Shown one piece after another: positions 37,806-47,752 of a stretch of DNA of 64,000 bases. Positions within the stretch are counted from its first letter, which is position 1. Every line of letters begins with the position of its first letter. The stretch lies in IMG/VR virus record IMGVR_UViG_3300047094_002472. The stretch is one strand, 5' to 3'. The stretch is from a virus. Both the position numbers and the translations under genes were made by a program. Below the pieces are notes generated by a model. It was given only the letters and a program-made list of their open reading frames with translations, had not been told where the DNA came from and did not search any database.

Positions 37806-40409
37806 TTAATAAAATAACAGAGCTCTAAAACACTCTGCACCTAGCTGTCTATTTATCCACAAATACTTTAAGTGGTCGGGTGTTTCGAATATTTCCATTC
37901 TATTACTAATGCCAAGACCTGTATTTGTAGTAGCTTGAGTATAAGGAAAGAGTCCAGCGCCATGCATCGTATAAGTATCCAAGTCCAGATAATAACATCT
38001 TTGTGTTAAATCTTTACTAAAATAAATACGGTCATTGCCATCATAAGCATACTGTGAACTACTGCCGAGAGTTTCCGTTTGTGGCGTGGTTGAAACCAAA
38101 TCCCAAGAGTCAGTATTAATATTATATCTTTCAAAACCAAGAGAGCCACCACCCCTAGATATAATTAGATGATTTCCTCTCTTGTTAGCGTCTGAGACAC
38201 CAAAGTTCCATGTGAAATTAAGACCCGCACCTTTGGCAACAGGTGCTAGAATTGAATAGGTTGTACTATTGCTTGTTGCTGCTGTGGTTACAGCGGCTGA
38301 AAAAGTTAATGTGTTGCTAGTATTAGATGATACAGTAGCCTCTTGCGAAACACCCGCACCACCAGTAAACTTTACCCTGCGACCGGCCCAAATATTTGTA
38401 ACCCAGTTTTTGGATGTGTCCTGAAGTGTTGTTGTGGAATGTGTGCCGGTTGCGATGCCATTGTCTAATGCTCCAAAAGCATTTGGTTTTGAAATAACAT
38501 ACTTCGTTGTGGCGTTAACTGGCGTAGTTACAGACGTAGTAAAGGTTAATGAGTTAGCAGTATTAGATGCTATTCTAAAAGATTGTCCTGTGGCTGATGC
38601 GCTTAATGATGTTGTCATATAGCAAACATAACCAGCCCACTGATTAGTGGTCCAATTCTTTGTAGAGTCAACCAATACTGTGGCACTATGAGCAGTAAAT
38701 GTGGCATTGGCCGAAGGAGTTCCGCTAATAGTATAGGTATAAGTTGTAGCGCCAGTAACAGTAATTGTTGCTGTTATATTATACAAAGAGGCATCAGCCC
38801 CTGTTGCACCAGAATGAGTGACAGAGTATCCTGTTTTAAAGTTGTGACTCTGTACCGTTGTTACAGTAGCTGTTGTTCCAGACCTTGTTGTTGAGGATAT
38901 TGCTATGGGCTTATGCGACCCATATGCTGCCGCGCCGCTTCTTGCAACACCGCCGTCTATTTTTTTATTACCAACAATCATATCTTCTTCTACGCAATAA
39001 GTATAGATACTAGAGTGTGCGCCAAGAGCCAGATATAAAAGATCAGTATCTCCTTGGATTTTAAAGGTTGATGTATTATCTGGAGTGACATCAAAAGGTG
39101 TCGCAACAGTTATGCTAGTAGAGGTATTACTTAATACTATTCTTTGTTGACCCGCGCCGGTGCCACCAGTAATAAGCACTACATAATTAGCCCACCTGTT
39201 GGTTGACCAACTTTTTGACGAGTCGGTGATGGATGTGCTTGTTCCAGAGGATGCTGTACCAGCATCAAAACCTTCTATCATATATTGTGATGTTGAATTT
39301 GGTGCAGTACCGGCGTTGCTCCATGTTAATGTATTACTAGTATTAGAAACTATTTGTCTAAGTTGTCCAACACCAGTTCCGCTAAAAATACGAACCCAGT
39401 AACCAGCATACTGATTAGGCGTCCAGCTTTTCGACGTATCAACCAAGGAGGTTGTTGTTCCAGAAGTTGCTGTACCCTTTGACCATATAGATGAATTTTC
39501 TGTTGTTCTTTCTACGGTTCCATCTGTTATGGTGATATTACTAAGAACACTACCCTGTGCTGTTCGATAATACCAAATATCAGCAGCAATGTCATAATAT
39601 GTTAAGTTTGGTGATGCATTTGTATATAGGTATATACCACCAGACTGAATAACAAATCTTGAGGTTTCATCCGGCTGAGTGGTCCAGTTGGAGTCTACTG
39701 TAAGAGTACCAGACTCTATGGTATATATTGATTGAGAGCCTGCTGTGACAGAAATAGCTGTGGCCATCGGCGCCATCGCATCAACGTTTTGTGCTAACTG
39801 ATTAATATCTGCCAGGGTTATAGTTGTGGCATCATTATATAAAACTTTTCTAATTTGAGAGATACCAGAACCAAATAAAATTCTTACTTGGTATCCTACC
39901 CACTGGTTGATGGTCCAGTTTTTAGTAGTGTCGGTGATTCTAACTAACGATGTGCTACTTGTTACAGCGGTTGATACGCCGGTGTCAGCAACAACAACAT
40001 CTGAAACATTTATTATGGTTCTTTGTTGACCAGCACCAGTGCCGCCCACTATCTTAATATCAAATCCCTTTAAAATTTTATCATATATAGTATCTGTGGT
40101 AATAGTGTTAGCAGTAGCACTAATGACCCTACCATTATGGCCAGCAGCACCAGCAAATTTCATGCTGCTAAATGTTGTTGGGGTCACAACCGGACTCGCA
40201 AGTTGTAAATATGTATCGGTGTATGTGTCATATCTCCAAAAACTAGCATTAGCAATTAAATAATAAATATATCTTCCGTGATTAACGTGGTATAAACTAT
40301 TGTCCGCAGAGCAGGCTGAACTCACAGCAGAGGATACTGCGGGAGCAAATCTTAGCCACTCCCATACCGGAAGGTCTACTTGGGTTCTTAGGGTATTAGT
40401 TAAAGCCAT
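37806..40409 (-). CDS. Putative virion fibre or receptor-binding protein with internal ~65-70 aa repeats
   Basis: Repeated D(T/S)(S/T)K(N/S)W(T)xNQW.G..V....GTG.GQ.R.I.SNT..TLT units, plus beta-propeller-like YD motifs at both ends. Confidence 0.65.
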   Translation of the reverse strand: MALTNTLRTQVDLPVWEWLRFAPAVSSAVSSACSADNSLYHVNHGRYIYYLIANASFWRYDTYTDTYLQLASPVVTPTTFSSMKFAGAAGHNGRVISATANTITTDTIYDKILKGFDIKIVGGTGAGQQRTIINVSDVVVADTGVSTAVTSSTSLVRITDTTKNWTINQWVGYQVRILFGSGISQIRKVLYNDATTITLADINQLAQNVDAMAPMATAISVTAGSQSIYTIESGTLTVDSNWTTQPDETSRFVIQSGGIYLYTNASPNLTYYDIAADIWYYRTAQGSVLSNITITDGTVERTTENSSIWSKGTATSGTTTSLVDTSKSWTPNQYAGYWVRIFSGTGVGQLRQIVSNTSNTLTWSNAGTAPNSTSQYMIEGFDAGTASSGTSTSITDSSKSWSTNRWANYVVLITGGTGAGQQRIVLSNTSTSITVATPFDVTPDNTSTFKIQGDTDLLYLALGAHSSIYTYCVEEDMIVGNKKIDGGVARSGAAAYGSHKPIAISSTTRSGTTATVTTVQSHNFKTGYSVTHSGATGADASLYNITATITVTGATTYTYTISGTPSANATFTAHSATVLVDSTKNWTTNQWAGYVCYMTTSLSASATGQSFRIASNTANSLTFTTSVTTPVNATTKYVISKPNAFGALDNGIATGTHSTTTLQDTSKNWVTNIWAGRRVKFTGGAGVSQEATVSSNTSNTLTFSAAVTTAATSNSTTYSILAPVAKGAGLNFTWNFGVSDANKRGNHLIISRGGGSLGFERYNINTDSWDLVSTTPQTETLGSSSQYAYDGNDRIYFSKDLTQRCYYLDLDTYTMHGAGLFPYTQATTNTGLGISNRMEIFETPDHLKYLWINRQLGAECFRALLFY

Positions 40410-40429
40410 AATTTATTTGTCCTATTGTA

Positions 40430-40759
40430 TTAAGAAAAATTAAGTTTGCTGCGAATACAGTTTGCATATGTGTTGCGAGAAATATCTATAAATTGTCTAT
40501 GATCCATATTAGAAATAGTAGTGACGTTGCTTAAGTTGCCAAGATTTGCAGTACCAGATATACCTTCTATCGTAACTCTTTGTCTATTTGCACTGTCAAC
40601 TACCGCATTACTTTCTAATAGTTTAACTATTCGTCTCAAAAGAATATTTGCTTCTTCCGAGGCTAATTGATTAGCGCCAATTTGATCACTACTAATAGTT
40701 ACGGGAGAACTATTGCTATTGTTAGCTTGGCCGTTTTGATTTTGTGGAAAATAGGTCAT
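40430..40759 (-). CDS. Small structural-region protein
   Basis: GAGG RBS; directly upstream of the fibre gene. Confidence 0.6.
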   Translation of the reverse strand: MTYFPQNQNGQANNSNSSPVTISSDQIGANQLASEEANILLRRIVKLLESNAVVDSANRQRVTIEGISGTANLGNLSNVTTISNMDHRQFIDISRNTYANCIRSKLNFS

Positions 40760-40792
40760 TGTAGCCTCTGTTTTTGATTATTCTATATAATA

Positions 40793-40798
40793 TACACC
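40793..40798 (-). promoter_or_regulatory. GGTGTA motif (candidate phage promoter)
   Basis: - strand TGGGTGTATATTATATAG, about 34 bp before the start at 40759. Confidence 0.55.
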
Positions 40799-40800
40799 CA

Positions 40801-43404
40801 TTACACCATAATCCAGTTCGACCCATCGCTAATCACAGATATAGACATATCCATTCTGTTAAGACCTATAGAATCATAACCGTCTATCGTTTGAGATGAA
40901 TGTGGATATAAATATATGGTATCTGATGTCTTATTTTTAAGAGTATATTGAGCTTTGTTATTAATCGCAGTTGGTAATATTAGTTTGTATCCCACAGCAC
41001 TATCTTTAAAAATATATACGTATTCTTTTGTGATGCTACTAAAATCACCAGTAATATCGATGGGATCATCATGAACCAACACGGACGTTGCCAAATACTC
41101 AAGTGGTACTCCTGTTGCAACAATAGAAACCACCCTATTTTCAAAATCGCTAATATCTGTACTAATATGCTGATGGCCAACTAAAGAGTAGTCACCAGAT
41201 GCTTGTTTATTATTTATCTGTGTTTGTAGGTTGCTAATATCGGTATTAGTTGCATAGTCGCCAGTGGCTTGTTTATTGTCTAGAGCAGTTTGTAGTCCAG
41301 TAATATTATCAATAATGTGGGTATGTGTGGCATTGGCATAATTTCCGGCTGGCTGCAAACCAGAAGTTGATATACTTAGGGTGTCTGCTGATGTATTATA
41401 AGTTAAAACTATATTACTACCAGCTATTAATGATGTGCTAACAATTGACTCTACGCCAGTATTGAAGTTAGAAATGTCAGAATATGTATGATTATGCCCA
41501 ACTGAAGACTTAAGGTCTAATGCTGTTTGGGTCGCACTACTGATTGGTTTATTAGCATCGCTAGTGTTATCGACACTACCTAGACCAACCATGCTTTTGG
41601 TAATGCCAGCCACAGTTCCCGTAAAGGTCGGGTTAGCAAGAGGAGCTTTAAGGTCTAAAGCACTTTGCTGTGCTGTGCTAACTGGCTTGTTAGCGTCACT
41701 GGTGTTGTCAACGTTGCCTAATCCAACATCATTTTTGACTAGACTAATATTACCGATTTTACCAGCCACGCTTTGTACGGGAGCAGCAGCACTAGCTCTG
41801 GCGTCGGTATAGTATTTATTGACACCGCCTTCTGCTATGCTATCCGTACTACCTGGGGAAGCAGTAATCTCTATGTACGAGCTTCCACCCCAACGGTATG
41901 TTTTATTGTTATCCAAGGATATATAAATTTTTCCAGTTTCGCCAACGACAGGAAATGTGGAGAGGTTTAAGTACTCTAAAACATCATCTATATAGCTTGG
42001 TAATTGAACCGCTGGTACAAGCCCATTAATCAATGTAGCATAATTACCAACAGGTTGTTTATTGTCTAGTGTATTCTGCAGATTACTTATATCTGATATG
42101 TTGTGGCCATGAGCCAGAGCAGCTTTATTATCTAGTGCTGTTTGTAAGCCATTAATTGTGGCAATATCTTGGGTACCAGTATGATTGGCTCTTTGTATAG
42201 AATGTGCTTGAGCAGAGTTTGCTTTTGTTGAGGCGTCTATGGCGGCGTTTGCTTGTACAGCCGCATCTGCTGAAGCCTGTGGAACACTAACTGGTTTATT
42301 TATATCGCTGATGTTATCAACATTGCCTAAACCGACCATGCTTTTAGTTATACCGTTAACAGTGCCAGTAAAAGTTGGGCTAGCAAGTGGAGCCTTAAGA
42401 TCTAAAGCACTTTGCTGTGATGTGCTAACCGGCTTATTGGTATCGCTAGTGTTATCAACATTGCCTAGGCCAACCATGCTTTTGGTTATGCCATTCACAG
42501 TACCGGTAAACGTGGGATTAGCAAGAGGAGCTTTGCTGTCTAGACCGGTCTGCAATCCACTTACTTCGCTGATAGCGTGGTTATGGGTAGCAGCAGCATA
42601 ATTCCCAGCGGGCTGTTTGCTGTCTAGTGCAGTTTGAACCGCTGTGCTAATGGGCTTGTTAGCATCGCTAGTGTTGTCAACATTACCTAGATTAACGTCG
42701 TTTTTATTGAGTGTGACCGCACCAGTCTTGCCGGATACGCTTTGTACTGGTGCTGCTGCGCTTGCCCTAGCATCTGTATAATACTTATTAGTATTGCCTT
42801 CTGGTACAGAGTCTGATGATCCTGGTGAAGCACTAATCTCTATGTATCCTGTACCACCCCAACGATAGACTTTACTATTATCTAAAGATACATAAATTTT
42901 ACCACTCTCACCGCTTATAGGAAAAGATGATAAATTATTATATTCTAGGATATCGTCAACATAACTTGGTAGTTGAGACGGAGGTATCAATCCATTAATT
43001 AAAGTGGCATAGTTACCTACCGGCTGTTTATTATCAATTTGACTTTGTAGACCACTTATTGTAGATGATATATTATTATTTATAAATGTAGATAAATTGT
43101 TTATATCTTCTGGATTATGGCTATGAGTTTTATTAGCATAGTCTCCGGTAGAGGATATTGTTATTGATGGCTGATTAATATCATATTCTATATCTATTCC
43201 GGATCCAGCATTAATAACAGAGAATAGTCTAGAGTCTATATTAGAATTAAAATCTGATGGTAGTAAAGCAACACTATTGGTTATCTCTAAATTAACAGCT
43301 GAAGAAGTTATAATATCTATATTAGATGGATTTTGTCCCACCGTCGTTTCTATTTCAACGCTGGTAACCTGGGATGGAGAAATTTCAACAGTAAATATAC
43401 TCAT
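40801..43404 (-). CDS. Tail fibre protein with phage tail repeats
   Basis: Repeated VGLGNVDNTSDANKP(V/I)S, H.H.I..I.GLQTALD.K and KAPLANPTFTG; duplicated QLPSY.DD.LEY..GKIY..YRWGG..YIEI block; C-terminal SDGSNW. Confidence 0.8.
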   Translation of the reverse strand: MSIFTVEISPSQVTSVEIETTVGQNPSNIDIITSSAVNLEITNSVALLPSDFNSNIDSRLFSVINAGSGIDIEYDINQPSITISSTGDYANKTHSHNPEDINNLSTFINNNISSTISGLQSQIDNKQPVGNYATLINGLIPPSQLPSYVDDILEYNNLSSFPISGESGKIYVSLDNSKVYRWGGTGYIEISASPGSSDSVPEGNTNKYYTDARASAAAPVQSVSGKTGAVTLNKNDVNLGNVDNTSDANKPISTAVQTALDSKQPAGNYAAATHNHAISEVSGLQTGLDSKAPLANPTFTGTVNGITKSMVGLGNVDNTSDTNKPVSTSQQSALDLKAPLASPTFTGTVNGITKSMVGLGNVDNISDINKPVSVPQASADAAVQANAAIDASTKANSAQAHSIQRANHTGTQDIATINGLQTALDNKAALAHGHNISDISNLQNTLDNKQPVGNYATLINGLVPAVQLPSYIDDVLEYLNLSTFPVVGETGKIYISLDNNKTYRWGGSSYIEITASPGSTDSIAEGGVNKYYTDARASAAAPVQSVAGKIGNISLVKNDVGLGNVDNTSDANKPVSTAQQSALDLKAPLANPTFTGTVAGITKSMVGLGSVDNTSDANKPISSATQTALDLKSSVGHNHTYSDISNFNTGVESIVSTSLIAGSNIVLTYNTSADTLSISTSGLQPAGNYANATHTHIIDNITGLQTALDNKQATGDYATNTDISNLQTQINNKQASGDYSLVGHQHISTDISDFENRVVSIVATGVPLEYLATSVLVHDDPIDITGDFSSITKEYVYIFKDSAVGYKLILPTAINNKAQYTLKNKTSDTIYLYPHSSQTIDGYDSIGLNRMDMSISVISDGSNWIMV

Positions 43405-43805
43405 GTTGAGCAGCTCAGTTGTTCTGTTGATTGGCTAAATCGTTTTAGTATTGTAACTGTGCCATAAAGAACTCTTTCAACATTTTTTCCACCCCCAAGA
43501 TAAAGGTCTTGCGGTGTTTGTATTTCTAGATCATATTTAGCATTGCTAAAAGCATAATTATTTGTGACACCAGCGGGGATAAGTAGTGTTATTTTCCCGT
43601 TTAGAGGATCAATAGTAAACTTATATTGTGAATAATTTGTATTTTCCGAGCTAAATATCATACTTTCACCGCTGCTGGTTTTCCATATTACCCTAGCACA
43701 ATATCCTGTCATATTTATAGGATTACCAGAATCGTTACGATGGACTATGGATAGTCTAAAAGAGGAACCCTGTTCTATAGAGAAGTCGTATTTGCTAGCT
43801 GCCAT
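43401..43805 (-). CDS. Putative baseplate or fibre-attachment (BppU-like) small structural protein
   Basis: YDFSIEQGSSF..P.N.TGY.AR..GKITL..KYDLEI..R.LYG.VTI pattern. Confidence 0.6.
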   Translation of the reverse strand: MAASKYDFSIEQGSSFRLSIVHRNDSGNPINMTGYCARVIWKTSSGESMIFSSENTNYSQYKFTIDPLNGKITLLIPAGVTNNYAFSNAKYDLEIQTPQDLYLGGGKNVERVLYGTVTILKRFSQSTEQLSCST

Positions 43806-43808
43806 ATT

Positions 43809-44129
43809 TTAGCTTCTTTCTATTCTTTCTTCTAGGGCTTCCAGAGTTTTTCCCAACATAACTATTTGAACCTTAAGTTCATTCATGACTTCGGTATTTC
43901 TTTGCAAGGCTGCTGCAAAAGCAGCTTGTGTTTCCTTGTTAGTATTTAATCTCTCTAGAATAAACTGTCTGTCATGAACATATGGGGATTGGGTTTCTAT
44001 CATAACTAACACCTCTGCCTTAGTGGCCATGTTTCGACCTATAGCCACCCAAAACCCCACCATTGTCACTATAATACCAATACTCGTTGTGGCAATATTT
44101 TCCCAAAAATGTATTATGGTATCACTCAT
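43809..44129 (-). CDS. Single-TM coiled-coil protein
   Basis: IGIIVTMVGFWVAI TM plus heptad-like C-terminus. Confidence 0.6.
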   Translation of the reverse strand: MSDTIIHFWENIATTSIGIIVTMVGFWVAIGRNMATKAEVLVMIETQSPYVHDRQFILERLNTNKETQAAFAAALQRNTEVMNELKVQIVMLGKTLEALEERIERS

Positions 44130-44151
44130 AGCTTAGGTCTTTCTATATTAA

Positions 44152-44193
44152 AACTATAAGCCAACGATACACGAGGCATCATTGGCTTTAGTT
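44152..44193 (-). terminator. Probable intrinsic terminator after 44221..45045
   Basis: - strand AAGCCAATGATGC-CTCGT-GTATCGTTGGCTT followed by ATAGTTTT; G-U pairs favour the - strand. Confidence 0.55.
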
Positions 44194-44220
44194 GTATCGT
44201 TAATTATTACGTTATATTAA

Positions 44221-45045
44221 TTAGTTGGTCTTTGCCTTATAATCTGATGTTACAGGAACATTTGCTCCGATCTTGTAAACTAGTTGACCGGGGAGTGTTC
44301 TTGTTGGATTAGCAGCATTATCTGTTGCAAGAGTATCGACTGCTACAACAGGATATCCAGCCTCGAAACGACCAGTATATTTGTTGTATTTGTTCTCTCT
44401 TATGGCTGTGGTGAAGCGTCTTGTTCTTAGAACATTAAGCTTGTTAATGCTTTGAACAAGTTGTGGCTGAGCAGCGCCGCTTCTTAGTACGGTGTTGCTA
44501 ACGCCGCCAAGAGTTACGGTGACCTTCTTACCAACTGGTGACTGGTTGTTATATGCAAAAACACCAGAGCTTACGCCCTTGTCTGTGTTAACTCCATCAA
44601 CAACGACCGAGCCAACAACTTGTCTTTCGCCACCATAGACTTTGTCAGCGGATTCTACTCGTGCATCAGCAATGTTGCCGCCAGCTTTGATTGTGCCACC
44701 ATCATTTGTTGCTTTATTACCACTGATATAATAAACACTGCCCGCTGTTGTTGCTGGGGCGGCTGTTGTTGGAGTGGTTGTTGTGCCTGATGATACTAAG
44801 TTTACAACGCCGGAAGCGAAAACACCAGAAAGGGGTGATCCGCCAACTTTAGTAAAGGTAAAGGATTGACCGATATATTTTGCTGGTAGTGTGACTCCAG
44901 CTGCTTCTACTCCATCAACAAATAGCTGCATGGTTTCCGGAAGCATTGATCCAGAAGCAACTGTTGTATATGTTAGTGTGTCGGCCCCAGCAGAGGCCAT
45001 TGTGATATCTTGTGATGTGCTTGATGGGCCAGTAAGAGTTGGCAT
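44221..45045 (-). CDS. Putative abundant structural or decoration protein with a Thr-rich linker
   Basis: G/S/T/V-rich two-domain ORF with a TTTTPTTAAPATT linker; has its own GGTGTA motif upstream and a hairpin downstream. Confidence 0.55.
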   Translation of the reverse strand: MPTLTGPSSTSQDITMASAGADTLTYTTVASGSMLPETMQLFVDGVEAAGVTLPAKYIGQSFTFTKVGGSPLSGVFASGVVNLVSSGTTTTPTTAAPATTAGSVYYISGNKATNDGGTIKAGGNIADARVESADKVYGGERQVVGSVVVDGVNTDKGVSSGVFAYNNQSPVGKKVTVTLGGVSNTVLRSGAAQPQLVQSINKLNVLRTRRFTTAIRENKYNKYTGRFEAGYPVVAVDTLATDNAANPTRTLPGQLVYKIGANVPVTSDYKAKTN

Positions 45046-45092
45046 AGTTTAAACCCTCTATATATTAGTTTGGTTAAATAGTCAATATTTGA

Positions 45093-45098
45093 TACACC
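45093..45098 (-). promoter_or_regulatory. GGTGTA motif (candidate phage promoter)
   Basis: - strand GTGGTGTATCAAATATT, about 48 bp before the start at 45045. Confidence 0.55.
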
Positions 45099-45099
45099 A

Positions 45100-45780
45100 C
45101 TATTGTGTATTCTTTTGTTTTTCTAGTAAAATTTTTATAAGGCTCTGTAAAGCAGGACGAGAGAATACTCTGACCCCATATAGGCCAGTTTTTTCTATAA
45201 TATTGAAGTGATTTTCTGTCCAACTGTTGCCGGTACAATACACATTAATGTCTTTAGAGTTTTCGTGTAAAAACACAGAGGCTATAAGATTATCAGCCAA
45301 ATTATCTAAAAAATACCCAGTAGAAGGAAAAACTTCTCTAATATTAAAGCTATCTAGTATTTCACAAAGCTTTTTCAGGCATTGATGATCGAATACCCTA
45401 TACTCTAAGATATATCTAGTTTTTAGACCATGCTCATTACAATATTCTGATATTGTTCTAATATCTTCTCTGATCTTGTCATATTTTCTATTAGAAACAA
45501 GATTTTGCGGCATTACAATATCTATAGAGGTAGCGCCCGCCTTAAAGGCTTGCTCTATGGCCGTTTTTCTGCTCAATAGATCAGATGTGCCACAAGGAAA
45601 ATCCACAAGACAAGAAAGAGATGTTGCGGATTTATCGACCAGAGACTTGATTATTCTTAGATAATAATGTGAGCAAGTTATAGAGTTTATTTTTATTGGC
45701 TCTGAAATAATGCCATTGACCAAATCTTTTACTTCTGCTTCATTTTTGTCTGTGTCTATTATGGCAAAATCTATGTGCAT
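45100..45780 (-). CDS. DeoC (deoxyribose-phosphate aldolase)-like protein, probably catalytically inactive
   Basis: VDFPCG, GATSIDIV, YILE and STGY align to DeoC, but the Schiff-base KTSTG reads FPSTG. Confidence 0.7.
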   Translation of the reverse strand: MHIDFAIIDTDKNEAEVKDLVNGIISEPIKINSITCSHYYLRIIKSLVDKSATSLSCLVDFPCGTSDLLSRKTAIEQAFKAGATSIDIVMPQNLVSNRKYDKIREDIRTISEYCNEHGLKTRYILEYRVFDHQCLKKLCEILDSFNIREVFPSTGYFLDNLADNLIASVFLHENSKDINVYCTGNSWTENHFNIIEKTGLYGVRVFSRPALQSLIKILLEKQKNTQ

Positions 45781-46448
45781 TATTTTTGTTTTTTCGTATA
45801 GTTTTTTATATAGTCAATATTTGGATATTTCTTGCTACCAAGAATACCGTCAGCGAAACCATAATTAACCGCTTCTTCAGCTGTTAATATCCAATCGCAT
45901 TTATTGGCTAATTGCGACACAATATGTTTTTTTGCCATCATTCTTTTCCAATTTTTTTCTTTCGCCATACTACTCTGCATACACCTATCTGTGAATATGT
46001 CCACCATTTTATCGCATTCTTGTTCGTTCCATTTAATAGAACTCGCTGCTGCTTTTGAGTGTTCGCCATCTAAGCTAAATGACCCATAATGAATCAGAAC
46101 ATTAGTATTAGGCATTAATATCCTGAGATCAGCAGACTGTAATAAGACGCTGCTAGAGGACTCGGCTCTTGCATATGCTAAAATTATAGTTTTTGCTTTG
46201 GATGCCTTGATGGCGTCATACATCCCTAAGCAGTCTTGCCATTCTCCTCCTGGCAAATGCATATGTATAAAAATAGGGTCTAAAGATATAAGATTCAGAT
46301 ATCTTAGATTTTTTTCAAAAATTACAGCAGACCTATAATCTAGATTGCTTTCTTCGATATTATCCAAAGGAGCATGGAGGTATATCTCTCTATTTTCTAT
46401 GTCGATATTATTAGTGTGTATATCATTGATAGTGTTATGGGTATTCAT
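45780..46448 (-). CDS. clpP: ClpP-family protease
   Basis: PGG..GMYDAI, AES (Ser), LIH (His), DWILTAEEAVNYGFAD (Asp). Confidence 0.85.
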   Translation of the reverse strand: MNTHNTINDIHTNNIDIENREIYLHAPLDNIEESNLDYRSAVIFEKNLRYLNLISLDPIFIHMHLPGGEWQDCLGMYDAIKASKAKTIILAYARAESSSSVLLQSADLRILMPNTNVLIHYGSFSLDGEHSKAAASSIKWNEQECDKMVDIFTDRCMQSSMAKEKNWKRMMAKKHIVSQLANKCDWILTAEEAVNYGFADGILGSKKYPNIDYIKNYTKKQK

Positions 46449-46884
46449 ATTTATTATCTAAGAATTTATATACGGTCTTATTTATAGCATTCATAACCAA
46501 TGCGTCATCGAAGCATTTGCCTGTGGCGATTCTAAATCTATATCTAGTAAATACATCTAAGGTTTCAACACCATCAACGCTCTCTAATATATCTATGATT
46601 TCTTTGGTAATATCAAAGTTGGTGTGGCCTGTCCAGAAATTAAAGATCTTTCCAGAAGCGGTGTGTTCATTATATGGAATAATACCCATAGGAGAAGCTA
46701 TAACTTTAATACTTTCCCCAGCCTGCTTTGGTATTGGTTGATCTTCGGTATCGGAGTCTTGATTTCTATACAAGTCTATATCGAGACTCTCGTTATCGTA
46801 GTCTGTCCATCGGCTTTGATCGGTATCCTTGCCAAAAGGATCAATCCATTTTTGCCAAACTATTAGTGGTTTTTTTGATGTCAT
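46435..46884 (-). CDS. Hypothetical phage protein
   Basis: FNFWTGHTNFDIT..GVETLDVFTRYRFRIA.GK.F; 149-aa ORF overlapping clpP. Confidence 0.6.
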   Translation of the reverse strand: MTSKKPLIVWQKWIDPFGKDTDQSRWTDYDNESLDIDLYRNQDSDTEDQPIPKQAGESIKVIASPMGIIPYNEHTASGKIFNFWTGHTNFDITKEIIDILESVDGVETLDVFTRYRFRIATGKCFDDALVMNAINKTVYKFLDNKYEYP

Positions 46885-46958
46885 ATAGTTTCTTAAGAAG
46901 AATACACGAGAATTACTACTATCAATATACCCCGCAAGGCTATTGTTATAGTAGGAGT

Positions 46959-47366
46959 CTATTTATCCGTACCAAGAAAAACATTTCTTGGGCGTATAAA
47001 AGGCCTATTCTCAGTATTTTTAGCCACTTTATGCTCGTCATTAATTGGTCCTGTGGCCAACATCATGCCCCAAGAGATAAGAATAGTTTCTAGTGTTGGT
47101 GCCATTAATGGTTTCTGCTTTGACAAACTAACTATCAAATCGAGGGTAGCTTGTTCATAATTACTATTATTGATATCAAATAGCATCTTAGCAAAATCCT
47201 CACAGGACTTTGTATCCTTATTATTTAGTTCCAAAGCAACCCATGACCTACCAAAACCATCAATAGAAAAAGTTATACTGTTTTTGTCTGACTGCTTTGT
47301 TGTTTGTGGTTCGGCAGTAGAACTTTTATTGATAAATAAGTTTTTAAGAGATGAGAATATATTCAT
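46959..47366 (-). CDS. Hypothetical protein
   Basis: 135-aa ORF with an ATGA overlap. Confidence 0.55.
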   Translation of the reverse strand: MNIFSSLKNLFINKSSTAEPQTTKQSDKNSITFSIDGFGRSWVALELNNKDTKSCEDFAKMLFDINNSNYEQATLDLIVSLSKQKPLMAPTLETILISWGMMLATGPINDEHKVAKNTENRPFIRPRNVFLGTDK

Positions 47367-47752
47367 TTTAGCTTTTGTATAACCTCAAAAATTAAGCCAG
47401 CATACTCTGTTGAAGGATTCTGGAAATTAAAACTGATCCAGTGCGAATCAAAATTCTTAACGTTTTCTTTTATTAGGAAAGAATAAACTAAATTAATTGT
47501 ATTCTTTTTTCTTGGTTTAATTATTGTTGAGTTAGCAGAGACTATTTGAGGACTTAACTCAAACTGACTGGTCATTAAAAACTTTCGCATGTGGTCTATC
47601 AGGCTATTATCTATAGAGTTAGCATTCTTAGTATCAATTTCTAGCACTGGAAACTCTATTGAGTTTTCTGTTGTAGAGAGAATATACGTCTTATTTTCTT
47701 CTAAGTTTGTTGTGATAGCCACACAGTAGGCATCTATATTAAATTTGCTCAA
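47363..47752 (-). CDS. Hypothetical protein (possible degenerate Nudix fold)
   Basis: 129-aa ORF; no intact Nudix box. Confidence 0.45.
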   Translation of the reverse strand: MSKFNIDAYCVAITTNLEENKTYILSTTENSIEFPVLEIDTKNANSIDNSLIDHMRKFLMTSQFELSPQIVSANSTIIKPRKKNTINLVYSFLIKENVKNFDSHWISFNFQNPSTEYAGLIFEVIQKLK

